Part shown: one piece after another, positions 40,777-49,630 of the stretch
Layout of the letters: each line of letters starts with the position of its first letter
How positions within the stretch are numbered: the stretch's first letter is position 1
Assembly (NCBI GenBank): GCA_040006935.1
Contig: JBDTVZ010000002.1
Location: 208,174 to 272,173 of the forward strand
DNA: 64,000 bases
DNA from: Candidatus Dojkabacteria bacterium
GTDB lineage: Bacteria; Patescibacteriota; Dojkabacteria; J137
Reading direction: 5' to 3'
Position numbers and translations under genes: made by a program
The notes under the pieces: generated by a model
The model's database searches: none
The model's input: only the letters and a program-made list of their open reading frames with translations
Told to the model about the DNA's origin: nothing

Positions 40777-43128
40777 TTAACCAAAAGGGTTTTGTAATAT
40801 TGATGTGTTGCTTGAATTAACTTGAATACTTACACTATCATCTGGGTCTAAGAACAACTTTAACCTATTCTTTCCTTTTGTTAGCTTAGCTTGTACCATT
40901 CCAGAATACATATCTGTAAGTATTGGGAGATTTGTTTGTTTTCTAGAAGGGAATTTATATCCTTTCGCTGCTACAATAACTCCATATTCACCAGGTTCTC
41001 CAAAGTAATCAAAATTTCCTCGAGTATTGCAAACTACTGTATCTAAATTTTTATACGAAGGTAATTCGTAAATTTTAATTACTGCGAATGGAACTTTCTC
41101 GTCTGTGAATGCATTTTCTACTTCTGAAAACATTCTTCTCGACCTTATTTCCAACAATATATTAAATATAACTATGACTACATAGATTACAAAAATCACC
41201 CAGTTCCATGTTGATGGAGAAATAATTAAACTTAATACTGAAAACAGAAAACCCAGGACAAATAATACATCTCTGAATTTATTGTACACAGTTAGAAAGG
41301 AAACACTTAATCTTTCAGTAAATTTCAATTGACTTGATTCCAGCGAAGCTAACGCTGCCATTTCAATATCGAGTACATATCCTTCTTCATTACTCTGAAT
41401 AATAATTTTTGTCTTAAATGGCTTATACTGTGGATGTCTAACTTCTAATACGTAATCTCCTTCCTCTATAGTGAAGCCGTAAGTACCATCTAAACCGCTG
41501 ACAGTTTGTGCTACAATTTCTAACGAATTTGCTATTATTAATCTGCAAGTTGCGAAAGCAATAGGTTTACCAGTTTTTGAATCTAGGATCACTCCCCAAG
41601 GTCTTTTCCTCTTATTTAATAACAAAGCAATAATACCTATTACGGTTCCAATAATATTAGACCCATTTATTATCAAAACTATTATTAAGAATAGCAACGT
41701 TAAAAGCGCCAATAGACCAGCTAGACCTATAGTATTTAGAATTATTCCAAAGAAGTTACCATTAAATTGAGGAAATACATTCTTTCCTATTAAACCTTCT
41801 ACCAAATTCTCAAGCGGAGTGGTTATAAAGAAAGTTCCAATTCTAGAAAAATCAATTCCCTTAACATCTTTACCTGAAACTATAACTATAACTGTTTCTC
41901 CCGAGTTAAATGGTGTGTTGGGAGTAATAGTAAAAACATAATGCCCATTATCATTAAATACGTTAATTCTAGGATCGTTAGCATTAATTATCTCTCCGTT
42001 TACATTAAAAGTTACTGTACTAAAATCGATTGCGTTTTCTCCTTCTGTTATTTGAATAATAATACTTGTACCAGGTGATACATTTGATTCTCCGTTGGAT
42101 GGATTTACAAATATAACTCCTGGCTGTTCAAGTGGCGGCGGGGCGGGCGGAACGACCGGATTAGATACAGGTTCACCAGGAGGAGGAGGCGCTGGTGGAG
42201 GTGGTGGTGCTGGCGGTGGCGGCGGGGCTGGTGGAGGTGGCTGTGGCTCTACAGTAAAACTCATTGATGAATTGAAAGGATTAGAGGCAAAATCTTGTCC
42301 AGATATTTGTACGGAAATTATGCTTCCATAAGGGTAAGGGCCAGTTGGTGTGAAAACAATATTATAATTTGTAGGGACTCCTGTTACATTAACATTTGAT
42401 CCTGGAACAGAATATGGGATACCATTAATTAACAAAGTTACTGTCGACAAATCAACGCCGGAGAGATCATCTGTGATATTGATATTGATTGATTGATTAA
42501 TATCCACATTAGTTTCAGATGCCGTAGGGTTTACAAAAGAAACTGCTGGTCCAGAAACATCTCCAATTGTACAAGGATTAGTATTAAACGTATAAGTTCC
42601 ATTAGTAACCGAAGTTAGAATGTCATTGAAAGTTCCAGAATCTGCAATATTACTATCTAAAGTATCCCCAATACCAGTGAAGTTTATCGTAAATGTTGAA
42701 CTTGCTGTTGGCGGATTGCTTCTAAAAACAATCGTTGCAAAGAGCTCGTTGGTTGTTAAAGGTATCCCGGTATCTAAATTATCTCCTACTAAAGTTATGG
42801 TGCCAGTTCCAGTATCTACATTATTTGCTGAATAGGTTGTGAACGCTGTTCCTGGTAAAATTTGTACACCTGCCTGAAATCCATCCGTATCTAAAATTGT
42901 TAATTCTGTTGTATTGTAGTTCACTGCAATATCTCCCGCGATTGAAGATTCCCCTGTGGCATCAATATAAATGTCTACTTGTGTTGAACAATTCCCAATA
43001 AAGGACCCCCCCGAAGGAACGAAATTGTATGATGCAGCATGAACATTGGTGTTAGCAAATAGAAAGAAGAAACCAGCGACTAAACTAATTATAAATAATT
43101 TTTTTTTATTTAATAAAAGCGATCTCAT
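40777..43128 (-). CDS. Membrane-anchored cohesin / Ig-like scaffold protein with Pro-rich linker and two carboxypeptidase-regulatory-like beta domains
   Basis: Signal peptide; cohesin-like VDIYID...GDIAVNYN..EL.I...FATIVF...DSNI; two Big-like repeats around a PPPPA linker; TM helices; GKPIAFATCRL...GTYGF....GDY.LEV.HPQY. Confidence 0.75.
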   Translation of the reverse strand: MRSLLLNKKKLFIISLVAGFFFLFANTNVHAASYNFVPSGGSFIGNCSTQVDIYIDATGESSIAGDIAVNYNTTELTILDTDGFQAGVQILPGTAFTTYSANNVDTGTGTITLVGDNLDTGIPLTTNELFATIVFRSNPPTASSTFTINFTGIGDTLDSNIADSGTFNDILTSVTNGTYTFNTNPCTIGDVSGPAVSFVNPTASETNVDINQSININITDDLSGVDLSTVTLLINGIPYSVPGSNVNVTGVPTNYNIVFTPTGPYPYGSIISVQISGQDFASNPFNSSMSFTVEPQPPPPAPPPPPAPPPPPAPPPPGEPVSNPVVPPAPPPLEQPGVIFVNPSNGESNVSPGTSIIIQITEGENAIDFSTVTFNVNGEIINANDPRINVFNDNGHYVFTITPNTPFNSGETVIVIVSGKDVKGIDFSRIGTFFITTPLENLVEGLIGKNVFPQFNGNFFGIILNTIGLAGLLALLTLLFLIIVLIINGSNIIGTVIGIIALLLNKRKRPWGVILDSKTGKPIAFATCRLIIANSLEIVAQTVSGLDGTYGFTIEEGDYVLEVRHPQYKPFKTKIIIQSNEEGYVLDIEMAALASLESSQLKFTERLSVSFLTVYNKFRDVLFVLGFLFSVLSLIISPSTWNWVIFVIYVVIVIFNILLEIRSRRMFSEVENAFTDEKVPFAVIKIYELPSYKNLDTVVCNTRGNFDYFGEPGEYGVIVAAKGYKFPSRKQTNLPILTDMYSGMVQAKLTKGKNRLKLFLDPDDSVSIQVNSSNTSILQNPFG

Positions 43129-43133
43129 AATTA

Positions 43134-43739
43134 TTATGGTATCGGATCTCCAAGTTTTAATTGATTATTTCTTTCTATAGTCACATCTAAACTATTAACA
43201 ATTCCATCTTGATTTAAATCTGCTTTATTATCTGCACTGCCCATCTTCGAATTTAAATAAGCTAAATCCAAAGAATTAACTTTATTATCAAAGGAGTTAC
43301 TAACTTCGCCCGCGACTAGAAAATTACTAGCACCGGTTAAGTTAACACTATCGTGATAAGTATTAAATGCTGAAACACCTGTGAATCTTTTTCTTAAATG
43401 CGAAAAACCTGTAGCGTAAAATTTATATGTTCCAGGTACAGGGAAAATTGTATTAGCACAGAAATCATATGTTGCTAATCCTTGTGTATCTGTTGGGACG
43501 GTAAAGCTTGCCAATGTAAGATTTGAATTGTCAAGTATTACAAAACTGACTGTCGAATCCCAATTATTGATTGGAGGAACTCTTTGCTCCGGTCTTGCTA
43601 CCATATCCAATAAGCATGCCTGGATTGAACTTGATACTGTAACATTAGCTTGAGGTTGTGCGTATACTACTGTTGAAATTGCAACTAGTACTATTAAAAC
43701 AGCAGAGAGAGATGAATAAATGTACTTTCTTTTTAACAT
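43134..43739 (-). CDS. Secreted dockerin-domain protein
   Basis: Signal peptide; duplicated Ca-loop DNKVNSLDLAYL and ADLNQDGIVNSLDVTI. Confidence 0.8.
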   Translation of the reverse strand: MLKRKYIYSSLSAVLIVLVAISTVVYAQPQANVTVSSSIQACLLDMVARPEQRVPPINNWDSTVSFVILDNSNLTLASFTVPTDTQGLATYDFCANTIFPVPGTYKFYATGFSHLRKRFTGVSAFNTYHDSVNLTGASNFLVAGEVSNSFDNKVNSLDLAYLNSKMGSADNKADLNQDGIVNSLDVTIERNNQLKLGDPIP

Positions 43740-43766
43740 TATATTCCATTGTGATATAAATATTTA

Positions 43767-45044
43767 CTACATCTGACTTAAATGCCAGAAACCTAATTTA
43801 TAACCTACATTACAATTTGTATTCTCGCAGAGTATCTCGTAATTTGCGCAAGAAGAAGCCATTCCAAGATTATAATGGTAACAATCTAAACCTTTGTATA
43901 AATACCCTCTCATTGGGGCATACACTGGTGCATTCCATGGTGTCCCAGAAACATCAATCCCATCATGAAAAGTACAATCTGTTGTAGATCCATTGAAGAA
44001 ACATCTTTGTCCAAAAGCACTGTTAAAGTAAGTTTGACCTCTAAGAGGAGATTTTAAAGGACCACCCACTCCGCAACCCATTCCTCCCGACTCTAGTTGA
44101 CCGCAAGGATCATAAGCTGCTCCATTTATGTATGTTGAGAAGTGTAAATGTGGACCAAAGCAATATCCTGTGCAACCTTGTAACCCAATTATTGTTCCTT
44201 CTAAAACTAATTGACCATTTCCTAAGGATGAAAATCCGCCAATAATTTGTTGTTTTATTAATTCTGCTTGTGCATTTATTTGCGCTTGTTCATCATTTAG
44301 AACAGCCATGGTATTACTATATTGATTGCTAGTGGATTGCACTTCAGAGACTTTTTGATAAAAGACTGCCATCTTTGCATCAACATCGGATTTCTTTTGT
44401 TTTAAGTCTTCTGATTTAATATTTACAAGCTCTTGCTGTTGTTTTTGATCTATAAGTTTCTCGTTAAGCTCCTTTTTCTGAACATCTAGTTGAGCTTTTA
44501 ATCTTGCAAGCTCGACTAGTGAATTATTAGTATCACCCTGTATAACTTCTTTGTACTGTGAATTTTTAAAATAGGAATTTATATTGGAAGTGAACAATAA
44601 ATTACTTCCCACTTCCGTGTTTGCACCTATCATTCTAAATTTCATATAACTTTCATCAATTCGCTTTTTAGACTCTTTTTCCAGTGTTGCAATTATATCC
44701 TCATTCTTTTTAATTTCTGTTTGTTTTTTCTCAATATCTTGATTTATCTGTTGTATGGTTAACTCTATCTGCTTAATCTGCAACCCTATTTCATCTATAC
44801 TCTTCTGATATATTTGTGCATCTCCATACAAGGCGGATATTTGTGAATTATAGCCAAGTATTGTGTAATTACTAGCATCAAGCTGAGTTTGAATATCATT
44901 TTTTTGCTGATTGATTTGATCGATTTGATTCTGAAGTTGAGTAAGCTGATCTGAAAGATCGTCAGCTTGAAGGATTGATACCGGTGCTAAAAAAAATACG
45001 GCACAAATTACAAATATTAAGTTTTTTTTCAAATTCAGCTTCAT
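43767..45044 (-). CDS. Secreted coiled-coil protein with circularly permuted M23 peptidase domain
   Basis: Signal peptide, long coiled coil, IIGLQGCTGYCFGPHLHF then HDGID...APVYAP...FWHL; start moved to ATG 45044. Confidence 0.82.
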   Translation of the reverse strand: MKLNLKKNLIFVICAVFFLAPVSILQADDLSDQLTQLQNQIDQINQQKNDIQTQLDASNYTILGYNSQISALYGDAQIYQKSIDEIGLQIKQIELTIQQINQDIEKKQTEIKKNEDIIATLEKESKKRIDESYMKFRMIGANTEVGSNLLFTSNINSYFKNSQYKEVIQGDTNNSLVELARLKAQLDVQKKELNEKLIDQKQQQELVNIKSEDLKQKKSDVDAKMAVFYQKVSEVQSTSNQYSNTMAVLNDEQAQINAQAELIKQQIIGGFSSLGNGQLVLEGTIIGLQGCTGYCFGPHLHFSTYINGAAYDPCGQLESGGMGCGVGGPLKSPLRGQTYFNSAFGQRCFFNGSTTDCTFHDGIDVSGTPWNAPVYAPMRGYLYKGLDCYHYNLGMASSCANYEILCENTNCNVGYKLGFWHLSQM

Positions 45045-45126
45045 CTTTTTGATATCTGTTAAAATTAGAGACAAATATACACTGTAATCATTTAACCATA
45101 AATAGGTCTACTATTCAAGAATTAAC

Positions 45127-46221
45127 ATGAAAATACTATCAATACAAAATACAGATAAAGTTATTCAAGCGGCAGTTCTGTCTCTTAAAAATGGTGATCT
45201 TGTTATTTTCCCAACAGAAACATCCTATGGGATTGCTTCAGATGCTACTAATAGTGATGCAATTAATAAACTTTTGAAATACAAGCAAAGACCTCCAGGG
45301 AAAGCCATATCTATTGCTGTAAATTCGAAGAATATGGCTTTAAATTACGTTGAACTTAACAACTCTGCAGAAAAGATAATAGATACTTTTTTACCAGGAC
45401 CAATTACAGTTATTTCTAAATCCCTTGGGAAAGTTGATGAACGGCTTGAATCGGAAATAGGAACACTGGGAATAAGAATTCCGAATTATAAATTAGTACT
45501 CGATATTATAAAAGTTTTTGGAAAACCTATCACAGCAACTTCAGCCAATATTAGCGGAGGGAAAACTCCCTACTCTATTAATGATGTTTTAGAAAATATT
45601 CCTGAATCAAAGAAAGAGCTTTTAGATTTAGTTATTGATGCCGGTGAACTTCCTAAAAATCCACCTTCAACCGTGATTGATACCACTAGTGATGATTTAA
45701 AAATTTACAGACAAGGAAGGGTAGATCCCGAACGGATGACGGTTTACGGTAAATGGTTTACAAATTCCTACGAAGAGACTATATTACTGGCTAAAGAATT
45801 AATTAATAAAATTAAATCCGAAAACGTTAACCGTTTACCTATGACCTTTCTCCTTTCTGGGGAGCTTGGTGCGGGAAAAACACACTTTACAAAAGGAATC
45901 GCAAAAGGATTAGGAATTACTCAGATAATAAAATCTCCCACATACACATATGTAAGTGAATACAAAATATCTGATAACTCAAAACTGAAAACTGAAAACT
46001 ATCTATATCACTTCGATGCTTGGAGAATCCAAACGAAAGAAGATTTGGAAGCTTTACGATTTTACGAATGGTTTAAAGATGGCAACGTAATAGTTATCGA
46101 ATGGCCAAGCGTTGCAATGGCGTTAGACGAAAATTTCTTCGAAGGAGTTGAATATTATTATGTGGACTTTATAATTCTCGGAGAAGATAAGAGAGAAATT
46201 AGAGTATATAGAAAAAATTAG
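45127..46221 (+). CDS. tsaC-tsaE: Fused TsaC (threonylcarbamoyl-AMP synthase) and TsaE (ATPase)
   Basis: FPTETSYG, KQRP..K, PGPIT, TATSANISG, PSTVID; then LSGELGAGKT, SPTY, HFDAWR, IEWP. Confidence 0.92.
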   Translation: MKILSIQNTDKVIQAAVLSLKNGDLVIFPTETSYGIASDATNSDAINKLLKYKQRPPGKAISIAVNSKNMALNYVELNNSAEKIIDTFLPGPITVISKSLGKVDERLESEIGTLGIRIPNYKLVLDIIKVFGKPITATSANISGGKTPYSINDVLENIPESKKELLDLVIDAGELPKNPPSTVIDTTSDDLKIYRQGRVDPERMTVYGKWFTNSYEETILLAKELINKIKSENVNRLPMTFLLSGELGAGKTHFTKGIAKGLGITQIIKSPTYTYVSEYKISDNSKLKTENYLYHFDAWRIQTKEDLEALRFYEWFKDGNVIVIEWPSVAMALDENFFEGVEYYYVDFIILGEDKREIRVYRKN

Positions 46222-46337
46222 AATTATAAAACCCACTTTGCTATAATAGTATTACTAATTCTTCACAAAAGACCGATGGATAATATAATCTAAAACTTTA
46301 ATTTGCCCAATCGGGTTATTTGTTTTACATTATACTT

Positions 46338-47858
46338 ATGCCATTGATTTCCTTTCAAAATTTAACATTTACAATTAACAATAAAAACATCTTAGACAAC
46401 ATTACTGGATCGATTTCTACGTCCGATCGAATTGGATTAATTGGTAACAATGGTGCAGGTAAAACTACTCTGCTTAATATAATCTCAAAAAAGAACGAAC
46501 CTACGTCTGGCATGGTAATCGCGAACGTGACTATAGCTTACGTGAAGCAGTTTGAGTTAGATAAAATGAGCTCGACTAAAACTGTTTTTGATTATCTTCA
46601 AGTCTTTGATAATTGGTGGAGTATTTTAGAACAATACGAAATCATATTTAAAACAAGTTTAAACCCTGAAACCAAATTAAAAGATTTAAGCGGAGGTGAA
46701 TTCACAAAAATCAATATAGCCAACGCTTTTACAAGTTTTCCAAATTTAATTTTATTAGACGAGCCTACAAATCATTTAGATCATTCATCTGTGGAATACT
46801 TAACAGAATTTTTAAAAAAATATTCTGGAGCTTTCTTAATATCATCACACGATATAGATTTTTTAAATGACACTGTGGATAAAATCTGGGAACTATCCCG
46901 AGGCGAATTAAAGGTATATGGTGGTAATTATGAATTCTACAAGGAACAAAAGGCTATTGAAGAAGAGAACATAAAAAGAAATCATGAGGTCGCAAAAAAA
47001 CAGATGAACAAAATTAAACAAGCAATTCTTAAAGAGAACAAGCGATCAGAAAGAGGTAAAAATAGGATGTTAAAAATGAAAAAAACGAACGATAGGAGTA
47101 TTCCTACCATAGTTTTAAACGCTTATAAAAACCGTGCCGAAAATAAAGGATCCCAAATTTCAGAAAAATTAGAAAAATTACAAACCAGAGCTGCAGATAA
47201 TCTAGAAAATAGTAAAAGTAACGTTACTAAAAAAGCATTTATAGATTTAAAAACTACAGCTAGGGAAGGAAAACTAATATCAATAAAAGCTAAGGATTTA
47301 AGAATAGCTGATGAATTATTAATTAAGAATATTAATCTGGATATTTATTCAAAAGATAGAATGGCAATAACCGGAGCCAATGGGACTGGAAAAACCCTGT
47401 TAGTAAAGAATATTATTGATAATAAAGAAAATTTTTACAAACCAGAATTAAAACTTCTTTACCTTTCACAAAAATACGAAAATATTGATTACGATAAAAC
47501 AGTTATCGAAAACATGGAATCCCTTGGAATTGGTTACGAACTAATTAGAAAAATTCTAGGAAATTTTTTATTCATTAAAGATGTTGATTTAAAAGAAAAA
47601 GTAATCGACTTAAGTGGAGGTGAATTAGCAAGATTATCTATTGCTAAATTATCAGCATCAGATATTGATTTACTAATTCTAGACGAACCCACAAACAATT
47701 TAGATATAAATACAATTGGGGTTTTAATTGAAGCTTTGAATGAATTTAAAGGTGCTTTAATAGTAATTTCGCACAATAAAAATTTCTTGAATCAAATTAA
47801 TATTGAAAGATTTTATAAAATTGAAAATAAAAAATTAATGGAAACAGACCCAGCATGA
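46338..47858 (+). CDS. ABC-F family ATPase (ribosome-associated)
   Basis: Two NBDs (GNNGAGKTT; GANGTGKT), LSGGE twice, LDEPTN twice, no TM; start moved to ATG 46338. Confidence 0.92.
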   Translation: MPLISFQNLTFTINNKNILDNITGSISTSDRIGLIGNNGAGKTTLLNIISKKNEPTSGMVIANVTIAYVKQFELDKMSSTKTVFDYLQVFDNWWSILEQYEIIFKTSLNPETKLKDLSGGEFTKINIANAFTSFPNLILLDEPTNHLDHSSVEYLTEFLKKYSGAFLISSHDIDFLNDTVDKIWELSRGELKVYGGNYEFYKEQKAIEEENIKRNHEVAKKQMNKIKQAILKENKRSERGKNRMLKMKKTNDRSIPTIVLNAYKNRAENKGSQISEKLEKLQTRAADNLENSKSNVTKKAFIDLKTTAREGKLISIKAKDLRIADELLIKNINLDIYSKDRMAITGANGTGKTLLVKNIIDNKENFYKPELKLLYLSQKYENIDYDKTVIENMESLGIGYELIRKILGNFLFIKDVDLKEKVIDLSGGELARLSIAKLSASDIDLLILDEPTNNLDINTIGVLIEALNEFKGALIVISHNKNFLNQINIERFYKIENKKLMETDPA

Positions 47859-47880
47859 TTTCTCAGCTGAGTCTGTTTTT
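47842..47880. terminator. Probable bidirectional terminator between convergent genes
   Basis: aaacagacccagc...gctgagtctgtttt stem with terminal T run. Confidence 0.55.
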
Positions 47881-47882
47881 CG

Positions 47883-48530
47883 CTAGACCAGAACTTTATT
47901 CTCCTCAACAAATTTCAGTGCACTGACAGTCCTAAGAATTGCCTCTTGCACCTCCCCTTCATAATCATAAGGATTGAAAAGCCAAGGATTGTAGCATTCA
48001 AGCTGAATTACATCCGTTAGTCTCCCTGATTTGAAATGCTCACCTCTCAGGATTCCAGTCTGAACATAACCTGATTTTTCCAGTGTTCTACGAGATGCGG
48101 GATTAATGAGTCCACTCTTCTCATCCCAATGAACAGTGCTCTTAAGTTTAAATCTTGGTTCCTTCAATTGTGTGAAGAGGTACCAATTTCTAAACATATG
48201 AGCTACGCTGCCAATCCCTTTCCCTCGATAATCGGCTATAGTAATCATACTGCCTGTTGTGGCATTGTTTCCATCGAAGTGGGCAGACCAAATTCCTATG
48301 AGCTTAGAGTCAACTTCTACTCCCATTACAAAATCAGTCTTACTTTCATATGCATTCTCTATCCATTTTTCCTCCGATTTCTCAGATGGAACGTAAATAC
48401 TTGCAATTGTCTGAGAGGTTACAGACGATCTCATGAATTCTGCTAATAGCGCAGCCTCGTTCATTCGAATGTCTCGGAATGTAATCTCAAGACCCGACAG
48501 AGTCTTAATGCGGTGTGTTCTCGGTTGCAT
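47883..48530 (-). CDS. GNAT N-acetyltransferase (RimJ/RimL-like)
   Basis: DYRGKGIGS acetyl-CoA motif, NPASRRTLEKSGY..G.LR; AAGGAG SD before ATG 48530. Confidence 0.85.
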   Translation of the reverse strand: MQPRTHRIKTLSGLEITFRDIRMNEAALLAEFMRSSVTSQTIASIYVPSEKSEEKWIENAYESKTDFVMGVEVDSKLIGIWSAHFDGNNATTGSMITIADYRGKGIGSVAHMFRNWYLFTQLKEPRFKLKSTVHWDEKSGLINPASRRTLEKSGYVQTGILRGEHFKSGRLTDVIQLECYNPWLFNPYDYEGEVQEAILRTVSALKFVEENKVLV

Positions 48531-48571
48531 TCTGAATCTCCTTATTGATTGAATTGTTAAAGGTCTAGCAT

Positions 48572-48633
48572 TTGTGTCAGTAACGAGGATGAGTATGTAC
48601 ACTAGCACCTCCTTTCATAGGTTACTGACACAA
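48572..48633 (-). promoter_or_regulatory. 13-bp perfect stem with AAAGGAGGTG in the enclosed region
   Basis: ttgtgtcagtaac (48572-48584) / gttactgacacaa (48621-48633); cacctccttt at 48606-48615. Confidence 0.6.
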
Positions 48634-48657
48634 TTAAACCTCCAAGGAAATTTCAAT

Positions 48658-48681
48658 AAAAAAGCCTCCACTTGGAGGCTT
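48658..48681 (-). terminator. Intrinsic terminator of a putative attenuator
   Basis: Minus strand aagcctcc-aagt-ggaggc followed by six U. Confidence 0.75.
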
Positions 48682-48701
48682 ATCTGAATCTGTAAATCTT
48701 T

Positions 48702-48809
48702 TTAAATTGAAGAATTAGATAAGCCACAAGAAATAACCATTTGATCAAGATATTCTCCTGAAATGGCCTTACAAATTACGTCTTGTGTTTTAAATCTAAA
48801 TATATTCAT
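48702..48809 (-). CDS. Putative 35-aa leader peptide MNIFRFKTQDVICKAISGEYLDQMVISCGLSNSSI
   Basis: Manual translation; TATAAT 7 nt upstream; overlaps antiterminator arm. Confidence 0.5.
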   Translation of the reverse strand: MNIFRFKTQDVICKAISGEYLDQMVISCGLSNSSI

Positions 48810-48883
48810 ATTAAGGATTATACTATAGGGGGATATCTAATACAATCGATTTTGTGATATTATCTCTCAAATTCTTAATCACT

Positions 48884-49591
48884 ATGCAACCTTTCAGAGC
48901 TCATCACATTAGGGATTTATCTCTTCTCTTAAGGGGTATTAACTCTACAATAAAAGTTTACTCCTGCACCTTAGAAGTCGCCATTGAGAAAGAAGTGACT
49001 AAAGAGTTTAAAGGTCGTGCTGATTATTATCTAAAGGTAGTAAAGGGAGAGGCTAAAGATTATGAAATGGAAGACTTAGACCGTGCAGTCAATTATATCG
49101 GCCCACAAGGAGAAAATTACGATCGATTTATCTTGAAGTACATAACTTTCTTTAAACAAGTAATTTTTAGTATACACAATAATCCAGAGCATATAATAAG
49201 GATTCAGACAGACCCGTCTGATATATGTGTAGGCTGCTGGCTTGCAGAGATGAGAAAATTTGGTAAACATTGTATTCAGGATATAAATATACCTGTTGAG
49301 CAACAAAATTTCTACTTTCCTTTATACGATCAGGATGTTGTAATAGTTCAAAGCATAGCAAGAAAATTAGGGAAAGAAATTATTACAGATTCTGGCATCG
49401 TTGAAGGAATGAAAAATAATTTTATAGAAATTACTGCCGGAGAACTTGAAGATGAATTTTATAGAGAAAATGGAGAGTTTAATTACAAGCTGATGTATTG
49501 GATATCAGCTGATTTAGCTCAACATTACAAAACTATTGGGCAGGAAAATAAATTTGATAAGATCTACTATATTTACAACCGTTATTCTTAA
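48884..49591 (+). CDS. DUF1284-like putative metal-binding protein
   Basis: FRAHH at N-terminus, PSDICVGC...KHC...DQDV; start moved to ATG 48884. Confidence 0.55.
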   Translation: MQPFRAHHIRDLSLLLRGINSTIKVYSCTLEVAIEKEVTKEFKGRADYYLKVVKGEAKDYEMEDLDRAVNYIGPQGENYDRFILKYITFFKQVIFSIHNNPEHIIRIQTDPSDICVGCWLAEMRKFGKHCIQDINIPVEQQNFYFPLYDQDVVIVQSIARKLGKEIITDSGIVEGMKNNFIEITAGELEDEFYRENGEFNYKLMYWISADLAQHYKTIGQENKFDKIYYIYNRYS

Positions 49592-49625
49592 ATAACCCCT
49601 GAAGTCTAGCGACCTCAGGGGTTAT
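49592..49625. terminator. Hairpin between convergent genes
   Basis: ataacccctga...tcaggggttat 11-bp stem. Confidence 0.6.
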
Positions 49626-49630
49626 CTCTA

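Noticed and set aside
42133-42243. G-rich tract as a DNA repeat or G-quadruplex element
   Set aside because: Explained by the poly-proline linker codons of the minus-strand cohesin protein.
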